64,000 nt of DNA from NCBI GenBank assembly GCA_964016885.1, contig OZ024740.1, positions 242,978,001-243,042,000 of the forward strand, read 5' to 3'. The notes below the pieces were generated by a model that did not search any database, was not told the origin of the DNA, and saw only the letters and a program-made list of their open reading frames with translations. A program made the position numbers and the translations under genes. The number at the start of each line of letters is the position of its first letter. The first letter of the stretch is position 1. The stretch is from Eledone cirrhosa. Lineage: Eukaryota. Positions 1 to 15,800 of this stretch are shown here, in pieces.

Positions 1-3000
1 GATTGATTTCTAAGTTGAAAGTTTCAATTTTAATAATTAGTTCTCTCCATCATTTTGGTAATAGTCAGTCTGACAATGAGAAAAATCATAAGGCTGTTTA
101 GGACCACATTGAGTCCCTTACACTGATAAATTCAAATCCATTTATGGAGACAGTTTGAAATCACCACTTGCTTACTTGGTAGCTTATTCCTAATCAATTA
201 AAACTGAAGTTGATATTTATATAAAACCAGAAACTTACTTTTTGTGAAAATTGATACTCTCTTGGAACAGTTTAATTCGTTTTTACAAGAGGATTTGAAG
301 CTCCCATCAACTAAACTGATAAAAACACAAACAGCTTTTCAAGTATGTATCAGGTATTCAACATGATCTGGTTCAATCTCAGGTATAACAACTCATATGT
401 CAACCATTTGAATTTGAATTTCATATTATTTTAGATGAAGTATCTTCCTAAATAAAACCTCCTGAATAATCTGTGACACTCAAACCACCAATATAAATGG
501 TTAACATGCCACAAACTGCAAAAAGAATTCAAAAACAAAACAGAGCCAACATACCTACACAATCACATTTGGAACACCATCTGTAATCTCGCTCAAGCAG
601 CACATATTTCTGTCACAGCTGAACAAAGTTTTTCAATTGATTATTCACATAAAATAGACCAGTAACAATTGCTGTATGAAGTGGAAAAGTACAAGAAGGA
701 TATTGAAGAAAATTAGTCTGATAAACATGGTGGCAAGGTTCTACCCTGGATAGATATTCTTTAGATATGAAAACCAATATCTTAATACAAGACAATATCC
801 AGAAATACAGTAATTCAGATAACTGGGTTAAGATGGGAAATCAAAAAGTAAATAATTAATATGTACCACCATCTTCATATGCAAAACTTCTCAGCAATTA
901 AATGTAACAAATTGGTATTTAAATATAACTAATTAGTGAAGAAATCTACCATAAAATTAACACAACACAAATGTATGTTCAAAGAAATTTACATAACACG
1001 CAACATACTCTCTGAATTAATTAACAAAACGATATGGTTGTTAGAAATGGATTTTCTCTCTGGCGATTAAAGCAAGACTAGAAATTAATAATTCATATGT
1101 TCTCTGGTGTATTACTAATTGCTAATCTCTCTTAAATTGCATACTACCATCTTGAAAAGAAAGGGATATATTAGCTAACATAATCATAGATACACAATAC
1201 CCAAGATTGGAACATGTTTGACAAAATTAAAACTAAACAGTGACAATAACAATGTGGTTGGGTTGAAATTGAGACACTTCAGTTACTAGATTTCTCTGTG
1301 AGGGTCATAACTCCAAAATTATTTTGGATCAATATATAATATATATACTTAAAATGAATGAAATTCAAGTTCATTCAAACAATTGTTAAATAGTGCTTCT
1401 CTTGTTTCTATTTCAAATCTTCCACCTTTTTGTCATTTCTCAAATCATCAAAACAATGGAAATCCAGTAATAGGGAAACCATCAGATAACCCATGGTTTT
1501 AAGTGTTCCATGGTTGCAGAAAAGGAATTCTACATTGTATAATAAAATATTAGAATTTGAGGAAACTGATGTTCTGTGCTCAAGCATCTTTATTCTAGTG
1601 GTAGGAACTTTACTTTTTTTTATCTCTCAAACAAGGAGAAACATCCAAAACATTAGACTTCTTTTCTTCCTAGCAGTTTAAAACATATTCCACTGTTTTA
1701 ATCATTTCAATTCCACACTCTGTTTCTATTTCCTTTTAGTGTCTTTGCTAAGGCCAATTCCAATATGGATTCAATAAAGACATTTCCACTCCTTTATATG
1801 AACTCCAAGCCCTTTGAAAAACTTTCTGTTGTTTATAATGGTTGAATACTTATCATTTGTTCCTTCTAGAATGTTTACAATGGAAGAATAAGAAAAGGTG
1901 AAGTAGTTAATTGGTCCATTGTTTTATGATCATTTCAGAAAGCAAAGTTATCGATGTGAAGACCAACCAATGGCAATTATGCAACTTCATACTATTATCT
2001 TTGAAAATGCACATACACTCTGCTTTTTAACCTCGGATATATATCTTCAGATATATCAATCATTTCCATGTGTTTGAATTACTTGTATTTCAGTGGGGTA
2101 TGCATTTGGCAGGCATTGATAGTGGAAGTCCTGAAATATAGACAAAGGATGCTCATGTATCATCAGCAAATTATAGGCACTGCTGTATCTTGTGTTGACC
2201 TCTTCCTGGTTTGGTTATTTGGTATAAAATCACTCAATCAGATCACTCAACTGATATGAGCTATTGAGGGAGGGCTTATATAGTTGCAGAACCTACAAGA
2301 GAACAAAATCTGCTTCAGATCACAACTTACCCTCTTACAAAAAGAAAAGAATACATTAAATAATTGTTTCTACTTTAGGCACAAGGCCAGCAATTACCCA
2401 GTGCATTACTGGTACTTTATTTTATCGACCCCTAAGAATACATTAAATAATGTAAGTTCTACATGTTTCTAAAAGGATTATATAGCTACGGTTGAAATGA
2501 CATTACTCACAGGTCTGCTTTATCAAAGTTTGACCTGGAGGCTAAACAACAACGGCATCGGTAAAAGGGTTTAAAGTGCATTTTTCAAAAGCTTAAACAA
2601 ATTTTTTTCTGACTCAAATTAATTGTTCTCTATTCTTTCATGTTGCCATCATTTTACTGAATCTACAACTGTTCCATTTTTTCTGGTGATGGTCTAGGGT
2701 AAATCTGCATATATTCAGAAAAAATATTCAACAAATAGGTGCGGGCATGGCTGTGTGGTTAAGAACTCTACTTCATAGCCACATTGTTCCTGTTTCAATT
2801 CCACCATGTAACACATTGAGAAAGTGTCTTCTGGTCAGGTTAATCAATTACTTGGGTGTAGAATTTGGTAGACAGAAACTGTGCAGAAACTCATTGTTTA
2901 TTGGTTTATTGGTTTATTGGTTTATCAAATAGAAATCAATATAAGTATCAGAATGAAATAAGTATTGTGGTCGATACAATCAACTAAAATACTGGAAGAT

Positions 3001-3659
3001 GGTGCTGAAATCATGAACACCACAAAAGAATATATACATATATTTTAGTTGACTGTATTGACCACAGTAATTATTTATATATAAATACATACAAGCATAC
3101 ATGCATCATCATCAATATCATCATTATACTCATGGTTTCATGTCTATTTCCCATACTTACATGGGTTAGATGGCTGTCATGTGCTGAGGCCAGACAGGTC
3201 AAGTACTAGGTCCTGCTCATACACTTTGTTTTGGCTTAGTTACAAACAATGCATTAACATTGAGAAAGTTAGTTATATTACTAAATCTCTGCAAATTCTC
3301 GATTATTTTCAACTCATAGGCAGAGTTTTACATTAGAAATATGGTAAAAAAAAAAGGTTAACATGGTTGTTGATTGTCTTACAGAATTTGGCTCAGCAAC
3401 ATAACCTATTTTGATTTGATATGATTAAATCTCCAGCAAATACAAAAAATATGAATAAGTTATAAACACCTTAGCTGTTTATTTGTTCTTTTAATAGAGA
3501 TATTACATATGGACCAATGTGAAATCAGAAAATAGATACATCACTCGGGATTATTCTATGTAAGCAGAATTGTAAATTTATGGTTCATTAGTAAAAAACA
3601 TGTTTACTAAAAAGCTGAAATTTTTAGCACAAGTAAGTATGGTAAACAACTATGTTTAT

Positions 3660-3975
3660 ATCATCATCATCATTTCATTTTACGTCCGCTTTTTCCCTGC
3701 TTGCAAGGCTGGGACGGGAACTGATTCTGGCTTGATTTCTACAGCTGGATGCCCTTCCTAACACCAACCTCATTTACAGTGAGTGCTGGGTGCTTTTTTG
3801 CCATGGCACCTCCACGACCACTTTGCAGTGGAATGATAGGGACCCCAGCCCCTATCATCTCATTTCTACAGCTGAGTAAACTGGAGCAATGTGAAATAAA
3901 GTGTCTTGCTCAAGGAAACAACACATCACCCAGTCTGAGAATTGAACTCACAACCTTTCGATTGCAAGGCCAATG

Positions 3976-3978
<3 letters not shown>
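3660..3978 (-). mobile_element. SINE copy, head truncated by (TA)n
   Basis: Same family as 58758. Confidence 0.85.
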
Positions 3979-4040
<62 letters not shown>

Positions 4041-4051
4041 TATATATATAC

Positions 4052-4474
<423 letters not shown>

Positions 4475-4611
4475 TACTAACCAATACTTATTACTAATTT
4501 TTACTTATTCTTAATTAAACTATTTTTCACTGGGAACAATTTGTCACCATTTTCTTTTCCTTTTACCAATATACCATAACTCGTGTGTTACACCTCTATT
4601 CTCTATTCTTT

Positions 4612-4680
<69 letters not shown>

Positions 4681-5704
4681 GAGAGATAATAGATACATTT
4701 TTTTTCATGCTTTAGTCGTGAAAATCAGGATCAGAACGAAAAGGAAAAAAAATTGATAGAATTTATAGTTTAAACTAGACTTGTTAGAATTTTTTTCCCC
4801 AAAATAACAGGTCAGGGGAAAACCAAATTGAGATACTGTACATAATTCTATATGTATTGTGAGGATAATGAAGCAAATGTTCTTAACGGTATATCCATAC
4901 AACAAATACAACACATGATAGGTAGTTCATCCAAGTCTGGGGCATACTATTCATTTCTCTACCTAACAAACAAATTAACAAAAAAAATGGATGGTGGTAT
5001 ACCGAGAAGAAACATGTCTTGAGTATCTTTAAACAAATTTATTAGGCATATGTTGCAACAAACAGGAAGAAAGAAAAATAAATAAATAAATAACGGAAAG
5101 GGGGAAAGGGGAAAGAAAAGGGGCACTCTCTACACACCAGGCGAGACTAGACAGTATATTTTAGCTACACTCTGCATACAAATTGGCAAAAGCCAGCAAC
5201 GCTTGCTACATCAGCTAATCAATCTCACAGAGCTCCTTCCTCAGGCAGGACACACTCTTCCCAATTTTGTATCAAGATATTTTATAATCAAGTGGAGGGA
5301 AGCTGTGCTGGGAAAGACCCATCCAGTCCATATTAACATAGAAAAGCAGACATAGATGATGATCAAAATAATGGTTAAGATTTTTAGGATGCATTTTTAT
5401 ACATGCAAAATATGACAGAAAAATTGTAACGGTAACTTACAAAAATGAAATCGAACCAGTTTTAGACTGGACAATTTCATAGATTATTATCCTAAGAAGA
5501 CCCATCAAATTTTAACATGTAATTTAGCATATATGAATGCATTACTTGATTAAACTGAGATGTTGATTATACTATCAAATCTTACTTATATTATCACACA
5601 CACACAAACATATATATATTCATATCATCATCATCATCATCATTTAATATCCATATACCCTGCTAGCAACAAGTGTTGGATATATATATATATAATATAT
5701 ATAT

Positions 5705-5923
5705 AGGAACGAGTAGGACTCCGACGGCTAAGCTCAAGCTGTTTCGACGGCTAATTCTGGACTAAAATTTTAGACTAAGATTTTAGTCCAGAATTAGCCG
5801 TCGAAACGGCTTGAGCTCAGCCGTCGGAGTCCTACTCATTCCTATTACCCACTCTACTACCCTAAGTATTGAGTACTTTGGTGCGTTATGGTCCACCTGG
5901 TTCCTTACCACATTTCCTTCGTT
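5705..5923. mobile_element. Hairpin element in (TA)n carrying the 3' half of an HHR
   Basis: Arms 5705-5768 and 5780-5843. The right arm has GAAA-CGGCTTGAGCTCAGCCG-TC (stem III plus GUC). The 5' core is lost at the inversion. Confidence 0.65.
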
Positions 5924-5940
5924 ATATATATATATATATA

Positions 5941-6420
5941 TATTGTTATACTTTGGGAGGGTCATGTTGCCAATAAGAAACACACGCACCAGTTGCTTTC
6001 ACTTCAATTTATTATAATAAATTTATAAATTTCCGGTTGGTTGGTTCCACAACCAGATGGTTGTTTATATATTGTCAAAGTTCTTTCGTCACACATTCTG
6101 TGACCTCTTCAGTGACTGGGGATTCTTTTCTTTGTTTTTGTGCCTCTCCTTTGTTCTGTCCTACGCCATCTTGTTTCTGTGTCACAGAATGTGTGACGAA
6201 AGAACTTTGACAATATATAAACAATCATCTGGTTGTGGAACCAACCAACCAACCGGAAATTTATAAATTCCTAAATTTATAAATTTATTATAATAAATTG
6301 AAGTGAAAGCAACTGGTGCGTGTGTTTCTTATTGGCAACATGACCCTCCCAAAGTATAACAATATCGGTTTCAACACACGTTTTCAGATAAAGAATCTTG
6401 CTAAACAAATTCAGAAACGA
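5941..6420. mobile_element. Inverted-repeat HHR element in (TA)n
   Basis: Arms ~5941-6104 and ~6181-6365. The right arm starts at HHR stem II (GTCACAGAATGTGTGAC). A decayed relative lies at ~33845-33890. Confidence 0.72.
6074..6116 (-). ncRNA. Minimal hammerhead-like motif
   Basis: Minus strand: GTCA-CTGAAGA-g-GTCAC agaatgt GTGAC-GAAA-GAAC-TT-TGAC. Stem III is not palindromic, so probably decayed. Confidence 0.55.
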
Positions 6421-6745
6421 AATATATATATATATATATATAATGTATAAAAATCAATACAATATAATTACCTCATTACCAGAGGTTTCCCGAATGAGGC
6501 GAATACGAAAGAAACGTCTTCATTATATTTATTTATTCATACACACACAGGTAAAATTCCAGCGTAATGAAACTCATCATTTAAGAAAGAATATTTAAAA
6601 TCTAATTTGTGTTCAAATATTTCCATCTTCAGTGTTTATATGCCCAACTTATTAGACTATTTCTCATAGTCGAAAAATGTTGATGTTTCTTTCATATTCA
6701 AAAACTTCCTATCCCTTCCCTCAATGACTCTAAAAATAGATTGTT

Positions 6746-8280
<1,535 letters not shown>

Positions 8281-11200
8281 TTTTTAGCTTAGTAGCTGAG
8301 TGTTAACATGATGAAAAATAAAATTTTACTTTTAGCACTTAACTTTTGAAGAAAAACGATAGAACTAACTTTAGCAACTTATCGTTTTTTATAGTTACCC
8401 TGGATCAACATCAGTATATTATTTGTAGTTATTTAATTGATCTTAGAGAATGAAAAATCAAAACCAGATTTGGTGAATTTTTAACTTCAGAACTTTGTAG
8501 TCTTCAAGTCCAACACTGAGCCATGTCTGACATTCGCTACACATAGAGCAAAAATAATAACCTTTCACATATAACATATACCCAGTAAAGATCAATAAGC
8601 AGGAGGAACTTAAAATTCACCCTAAGAGAATAATGACTTAAGAGTCAGTTTTTCTCTATGATCAAAAATTTCCTTCATTTATTTTCTTTTTATTACTTGG
8701 TACACTGATATATGCCTCTCTCCATAACCTTTACTCAGTAGACAATGCCAAAGGTCTTCATCGACTGGTAAATTTTATAACAACCATCCTATATATTTTG
8801 TGCATACTTAATAAAATATATAAATTCTTTTTATATATTTTTCAGAGATAACATTTAAGATTAAGTTAAAAGACAATCTAGATAAATCAAACTACCATTT
8901 TTTAGAATCAAAAGCATTGTATTTTTATTAATCTTAAGTTCTCAAATTTATTTATACAACTTTAACTCTTTTCAAAATAGTTACTCTTACTATATAAACA
9001 TCTTCTACATTCATTTAATCTTATATTTGGTCTGGAGAAATCTAATCTCAAATCACAATTTCATTTGTGTGAACATGAATAATTATCTGCACTCTGTAAC
9101 TAAGATTTCTGGAAGCTCATGATAGAAGAGGAGTAAACAACTTGTTATTGATTGTAAAAAGCTGCTGTTAGTTTTGTGTGAACAGTTTTTTTTACTAGAA
9201 CCAATGGTAAATAGCATTGTTAAAATGAAAGTCCAGTTTCCTTAACAACTGCAAGTACATACACGCCCTTGTATTATTTCTATCTCTCACAGCTATATGT
9301 ACTTTGAGAGAGGATATTTGTTTCTCTACTTCACTCAAGAACAAAGATAAATAAACTTGACCAACTTGTTTCATACGATTATTAAAATGATTTTTGCATA
9401 CACAAAGCAGGCCTTAGAATGACTCGGAAGCTTTATTCCATGTTACATAATAAAAAAGAAACCTATAAAAAATTATATAACATTATTCATATGGAATAAC
9501 TTCTAAACTAATATTGACTCTATATCTTGTACAGACATTTATAATTATGCTTTTGCTTCCAATTGTTCTACTAATCCTCCAAACAAGAGGAAATTCGGAA
9601 GCTCCACAATATTTCAAAAATGTTGGGTCAAAATTCCATTCTAGGGCTAACCAAAAACAAATTTTATTAAAAGAAGCAATGGCAATCTATGTTTCCAAAT
9701 GTCTCATTAATAGCAATTATGATATAGAATGGAATGAAAATGTGACTATTAAGCAGAAAAAAATGTTTTCTGTGAAGAAACACTGTTGTATGGAACGTAT
9801 GGTTGTTTAAATGTATATGAGAACAGTTTCAAAATATATTGATCTAAATATCAAGAATGAGATATCAAAGAATACTTTTAACTTTTTAGGCAATATTTTC
9901 CTTTCCCTGTATATATATATATACAACATTAGTCTAAATATTTGAAATGTTAATGATATTGTTGTCACAGTAAAATTATACATTCTCTGTGTAAGCACGA
10001 TATTACAATAGTTTGTTGTTCCTCCTACCACAAATCATAAGTAATTCATGTTTTGAGAATTTGCAGTAGCATAACATATTCTGAAGCTAAAAAGAATGAT
10101 GGTGAGGAGAATACCCTGTATGCCTGCTGCATAAAAACTTAACAGTAAAGTGGCTGCTATCATACATGATGTAGTAAGCCAAGAACATCTTAATTCTCTA
10201 ACTTCATTACAAGGTTATAAACAGGTTACTATGTCACCTTCTCTCATGCTAGAACCTGGATCCATCCATGGGTCTTAGCTGTGGCTTACAGCAGGTTATC
10301 TCATAGAATATCCCAGTTGTCCTTTATATCATAAGTCTATCTCATCCTCCTTTTCCTCATACATATCGCAGTACTTCTTTGAATCTACATCTGACCAAGT
10401 GATCACAATTCCATATAAGAATATATATTTAGTCATACATTAAAATAATTTAGTTGTAAAACACTTGAGGAAACATAAGAGCCTATCAACTGGAGTATCA
10501 TAATTCTAATTTGGATCAGATTTGTACAATAGAAATTGTATCAGTAACCTCTAACACAAATGTCCAAAAGTTTTCCCAATCCCTTTATTCTGTCTTTCAT
10601 AAGTGACACCAATATAACTCCCCCAAAGAAAATTATACAAGTTATCTACTTACTAATATGAAATGCAAGTCTTTCTTTTTAATATCAGAAATAATTCCCT
10701 CTGTGAGCAGCTGCTGACATTGTACAAGTCACCATTTTGTTCTATATTGAAGCTGCCACTCACACAAACATTTATAAACAATATCACTTAAAGAAGGCCT
10801 TCTAACTCACTATCAATTTCTCATTTACCAACAAAGACAATATCCTCTGACTCTTATCACACTACCCCAAAACTTTTCACTTCTTTAAACTACCAAATTG
10901 TGTACCACAAAGATTCACCCGTCTTTTACTTATAATCCTTACTATGTCTCACTTTCCTAATCCCATACCAACCTTTATATCGAGAACTGAAACCTTCCTT
11001 CACACCTTCTCAATGGCCACATCTTACCTAAAGGCATCAATCAACCATCAAAAAAAGCTAAACAGCAATTGAATTTATCTACTCAGCCTGGCAGGATTGA
11101 CCAAGTTCATGGTACAACCTTGTTTCTTTGGTTAAATAATACAAAAATACACTCATGTTGTTTCTGGCTATAAGTATACTTGATATAAAATTTTGCATTT

Positions 11201-12474
11201 CAATCTAGCAAAAATTGATAATGTTGTCCTGGAATCCACTCATTCGCCCACAATAAACTGTTGATTCATAGTTTGCATATGATAAATTAATCAGTTTGAC
11301 TGGCAGCTTCTTTACACTGTATTTACTCTGTCACCATGACTGCTGCTTCCCCCAAATACCCTCACCTCCTCCACCAAATAATGATCTTGCTTGGTCAAAT
11401 TAAGTGACAAATATAAAAGTGAGAGTATGAATTCATATGTCTTCATTATTTTTACATATTGAGTAAACAACCAAGAAGATTAATTTTATTTGTGTCAATT
11501 TACTAAATTAGTTTAAAGAATGGATGGTAGCTAGTCATTCTGGAAAAGTTAGCAGTGGTAGACTATCACCTTAAACAGTAAGACAATTTGTATTATATCA
11601 GTCTCTCCTTGTATACAAGCATATATTGTGTATATAATTTCTAATATCTAATATCTAATTTAATAGATATTGTATACAAGCCTGCTTGTGATCCCACTAC
11701 ATCTTTTCTGCACACTTAGCAAGGCCATTTCCCCGAAAGAATTTTATTTTCTGCTTCTCTTCTTGCAAGATATACTTATCGCCTAGTTTCTCTCCTAGTT
11801 TCCTGATACTGTTCTCTACTTCCCCCATACAGCTGTGACATAGAGAATTGAAGTGGAAAGCAAGAGATGAAATGTCAGATATCCAACAAAATTTCCTCAG
11901 GCCAGTTTTTCCAAAACATAGTATGTAACAGAGTGAGCATATGTTGTAGATATTTTTGAAGGTGCAAGTTTAGAAGTTCAGCACATGATATTCTCACCAA
12001 GGTCCATGTAGGATGCCAATGTTTCTGGAAAATGAGACCGTCATTGCAGCAGGAATGGGATCAGATAAAGTATCAGAGCTGGGTGTGGAGTGAGGTGAAA
12101 ATATTGCAAACCAGAATGTCACCCAGATTGTAGTCATGTCTGAAGGAAGGGAGAAGCTGTTCATGAAAAATGTAGAAGATATATTCATAAGTTGGCCTGC
12201 TGGACAAGCTGGGTGGTGGGATGGAAGGTGAAAGAGACAGAAAACTTGTTGGTAATGGGGTGAACTATTGATACTGGATTTACTTTTATGTACTTATCTG
12301 CTTGTGTAAATATAAGAAGAGATAGTTTTCTGACAGTTTTTTCAGCTATGGAGTAAGCACTGTACAGCCAGCTGATGCCTCTAAAGAGATATATATATAG
12401 TGAGCTGAATCATAGTGACTGAAAAAATTAATCGCTTTCTCTCTCCCATTCAGTGAAATAGATAGGTCTGGTTA

Positions 12475-12858
12475 ATCATCATTATTCGTCGACTACTGTC
12501 GAGATGATGGATCTCACTCTCATGTCCCAGAATTCCCTGTCCCCCATCGCTGCTCCCAGGTCCCGTCTACTGATTCCCGTATCCCTAGAGATAACGTCAG
12601 GGAATGACAGCTTCCTACTCCTAGTCAGGCTGGAGTCAGGGTCCCAGAGCAAGAGAGCGGATATGATTTCATTGCTGGCACGGTGACAGTGGCCAGCAAA
12701 TTGAGCTCTCCGGGATTTTAGAAGGGCAGAGGCTCGAGGGAGTTTGCCATAGATTTTAGACAAGGTGGGATGTCGTTTCCAGGATAGGTTTTGCACTCTC
12801 ATTAAGAGGCGGGTATATGTGCCATCCAATCTCCTCTCAAGTTCTGATGTTATTAACA
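12475..12858 (-). mobile_element. 3' end of a different RTE-like LINE
   Basis: ORF RRLDGTYTRLLMRVQNLSWKRHPT...RRAQFAGHCHR; GC-richer than its flanks. Confidence 0.8.
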
Positions 12859-15800
12859 TCTGGTTAATAACATTTCATTCTTTAAGTAAAGTAGTTGATT
12901 TAAGAAACATTGGGAAAATTTGAAATGTGTGCATACAAATGCAAATGACCATAATATTAGGTATAGTATCCTTAGAAATGTAATAAAATGAACAAAGGCA
13001 CCTGTGAGTTCTAATTACAAGCTTAAAACCTTCTAAAAATATGGAATTTGTGGCCAGCAACTCTTTAACATCGTGGTTAACACTCTCACACAGCATCTCA
13101 GAGGTACCTCTGTCTCTTTTTTCCATCTCCAGGTGTACTTTGCCCAATTTTATCAACTATTATACATGATCAACTATTATTATGGTTATTTGTGTTGGGA
13201 CACACACACATTTCAAATCTTATTGTTTGTTTCTGTTTAGTCAAGCTATCTGCCATTAATAAGTATCTATTATTTATTTCTCTATATTATTTGTTACATC
13301 TGCTCACTTGGTTTATATAAACTATTTATTCTGCATGGCTTAATCTACTTGTCTATCTTAGTCTCTCTCTCTTAATCTTCTTTCAGACAGACACACCACT
13401 TGATTCACCAAACAGTTTTTAATTCACCTGGCTTTGCACCTGTCTTTCATACACAGTCTGTTTGTATATTCAAATACTGCTTTTCTTTTATTCTTTAACA
13501 ATAGTTTTCTATTTAGTGAGAGAAGGAAATAAGAAGTAGCAACATTCATAATTTTCCCAGGAAAGGAAAGGGGTGGTGTTGATGATATAACCAAAGGGAA
13601 ATGGAAGAGCTTTAGCTAAGAATTGAAATCATGTATATATATCATTATCATCATCATCGTTTAACGTCCATACAAAAGAGAGTATATATGTGTGTGTGTG
13701 TGTGTGTGTACAATAACAGAAGTTCAATGAGCAATCACGAAACGTGCGTCACACCTCAATAAATGTAATGAAGATCTAACACCTCGTCCTTTTTTTTATT
13801 ATTATTCTTTTTTTTATATATATGTGGGCGGGGGGGGGGGGGGTCTTTAAGGGGGCGAGTCTTGTCTGGGGGAAGAAGATGTGTCCATTGCCTTTGTGTG
13901 TCCTTTGAAACTAGTGAGATCAACACAGTTCTTCTTGGTGATAATGGCTGCAGGGGAAAAAAACATAAGCAGGGAGGGAAATCGAGGAAGGACTAGGCCT
14001 GGTGGTTAGTATAGGACATAGAGGTATGGAGACTATATGAGTTATATGAAGAAGATAGATGAACTAATAGACTCAGTTCCATAACATGCTTTTCCATTTG
14101 TGAAGGAATTTGTCAGTTATTTCTGTGATATAATTTTAATACTGGTTGAAGACATTTCACTTAGAACTTCTAATACTCTTCTGAAAAATTATGAAAGTTA
14201 CAGCTTCTCATGTGCCTTGCCTCTAATTATATAGCAATTTGGTGCCTAACAAAAATAGAAACCAATAATTCACAACATGAATAGTAAAATAAAATTGTAA
14301 CAAACCCAAAACACATTTTGTAAATTTATTACATGTTTTCAGTACACTAGTCATTTTCTTTGTGCAATAGCTTGTTTCAAAACAATGCAGTATTGTATTG
14401 TTCAATACAATACAATGCATTTCAATAAACTGCTTTTATTTCAGATATGAATTTCATTAACATTTTTGTTTGTTTTTGTAATTGTTGTTGTACTGAAGGC
14501 AGTGAAACAGTAGAAGAGAAAGATCAATGTAGTAAATGCCTTTCCATATTTAGTTTTGTTCATCTATTCTTCTTTTACAAGTTCTGTCAGTGGATCGCTG
14601 TCATGCTGGAGCATCCCAATCAGGATGTGTGGGGGGGGAGGGGGATTAATTATATTGTACCTACCCCATTACTTATGATACAACAATGCAAGTAAGCATT
14701 GGCATGAGGGGAGATTACTCAGTCGGTCATAAATACCATAGGGATTTGCTGTATTTAAATGTCCCATCCCTGCTGCCCATGCTGGTATAAACACACACAC
14801 ACGCGCCATATACATGTGTGTGTTCCTGCATAGTTTCTGTCTACTAAATTTTGCTTACATGGTATTATTAGTCAACTCAAGGCTATGATATGATAGACTT
14901 GCCCAATGTGAAACGATCTACTTAACAACAAAACCATGTGATGTCTACTTTCTGTGGTCTGAGTTGAAATTGCACCCCTTCAGCATTTATGAAATAAATA
15001 CCTGTTAAGAGTCGAGTTAACTATACTTCTCAATTACAAAATTGAGAAATGATTATCATAAAGAAAAGAGTTTAGGTACTGGACAATTCTACTATATAGT
15101 TACAAATTCAAACCGTACAACAAATGATGTGTTGGTTTCCATAGTAAAGCACATAGCTCTGTTTCATTCAATTTGCCCAACTGCTGAATCAAGTTATCAG
15201 TCTATAAATGGATATGTATCCAGGTGTAAAAATAAAAATTGCTACAACGATATGCAAATGTTTAAATTCACATAAATTCCATCCTATCTATGTAAGCAGA
15301 AAAAATAGATGCACAGCAGTAGTAAAAAAAACAAAACAAATTATCTGAAAGTATGAAATAGTATCTCTCATACAAGCTTGCTTTAATGTCAGAATCATTA
15401 GAATCAATAGCTAAAAATGATTACCACTCTCTAATAACTCAGAAATGTAAAACCTTGATCTATATCATGTCTTTTAATACATTTTAACATCTATAAATGA
15501 TACTAAAAGATCACTTTATTTTCAATTGGTATGGAATTACAGTGAACCATGTTGATATAGTATCAGATTACTGGCCAAATACTGAAATGCATTGTACTGA
15601 GAAGAGGCATATTATTCTTAAGGCTGACTAGGCAGAACCTAAAGGCCCTGCAGTGATTAGGGACCCCATAAATTATTTTTACTGTTAATAATAAGGTGGT
15701 TCAAAATATATAAAAGCCAAGGGACCTGGCCATGGATCAATATGGCCCCAGATACTGAGTTTCTTACTAAGACTTGATTTTTACAAGTTTGATCCACATA

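Noticed and set aside
1-2280. Faint RT-like remnants on the minus strand (EITDGVP; LVFISKEYLSRV)
   Set aside because: Too decayed to assign boundaries or family; probably an ancient LINE.
9514-9810. 98-aa ORF with a signal-peptide-like start
   Set aside because: Non-ATG start, no splice support, no recognisable domain, AT-rich composition.
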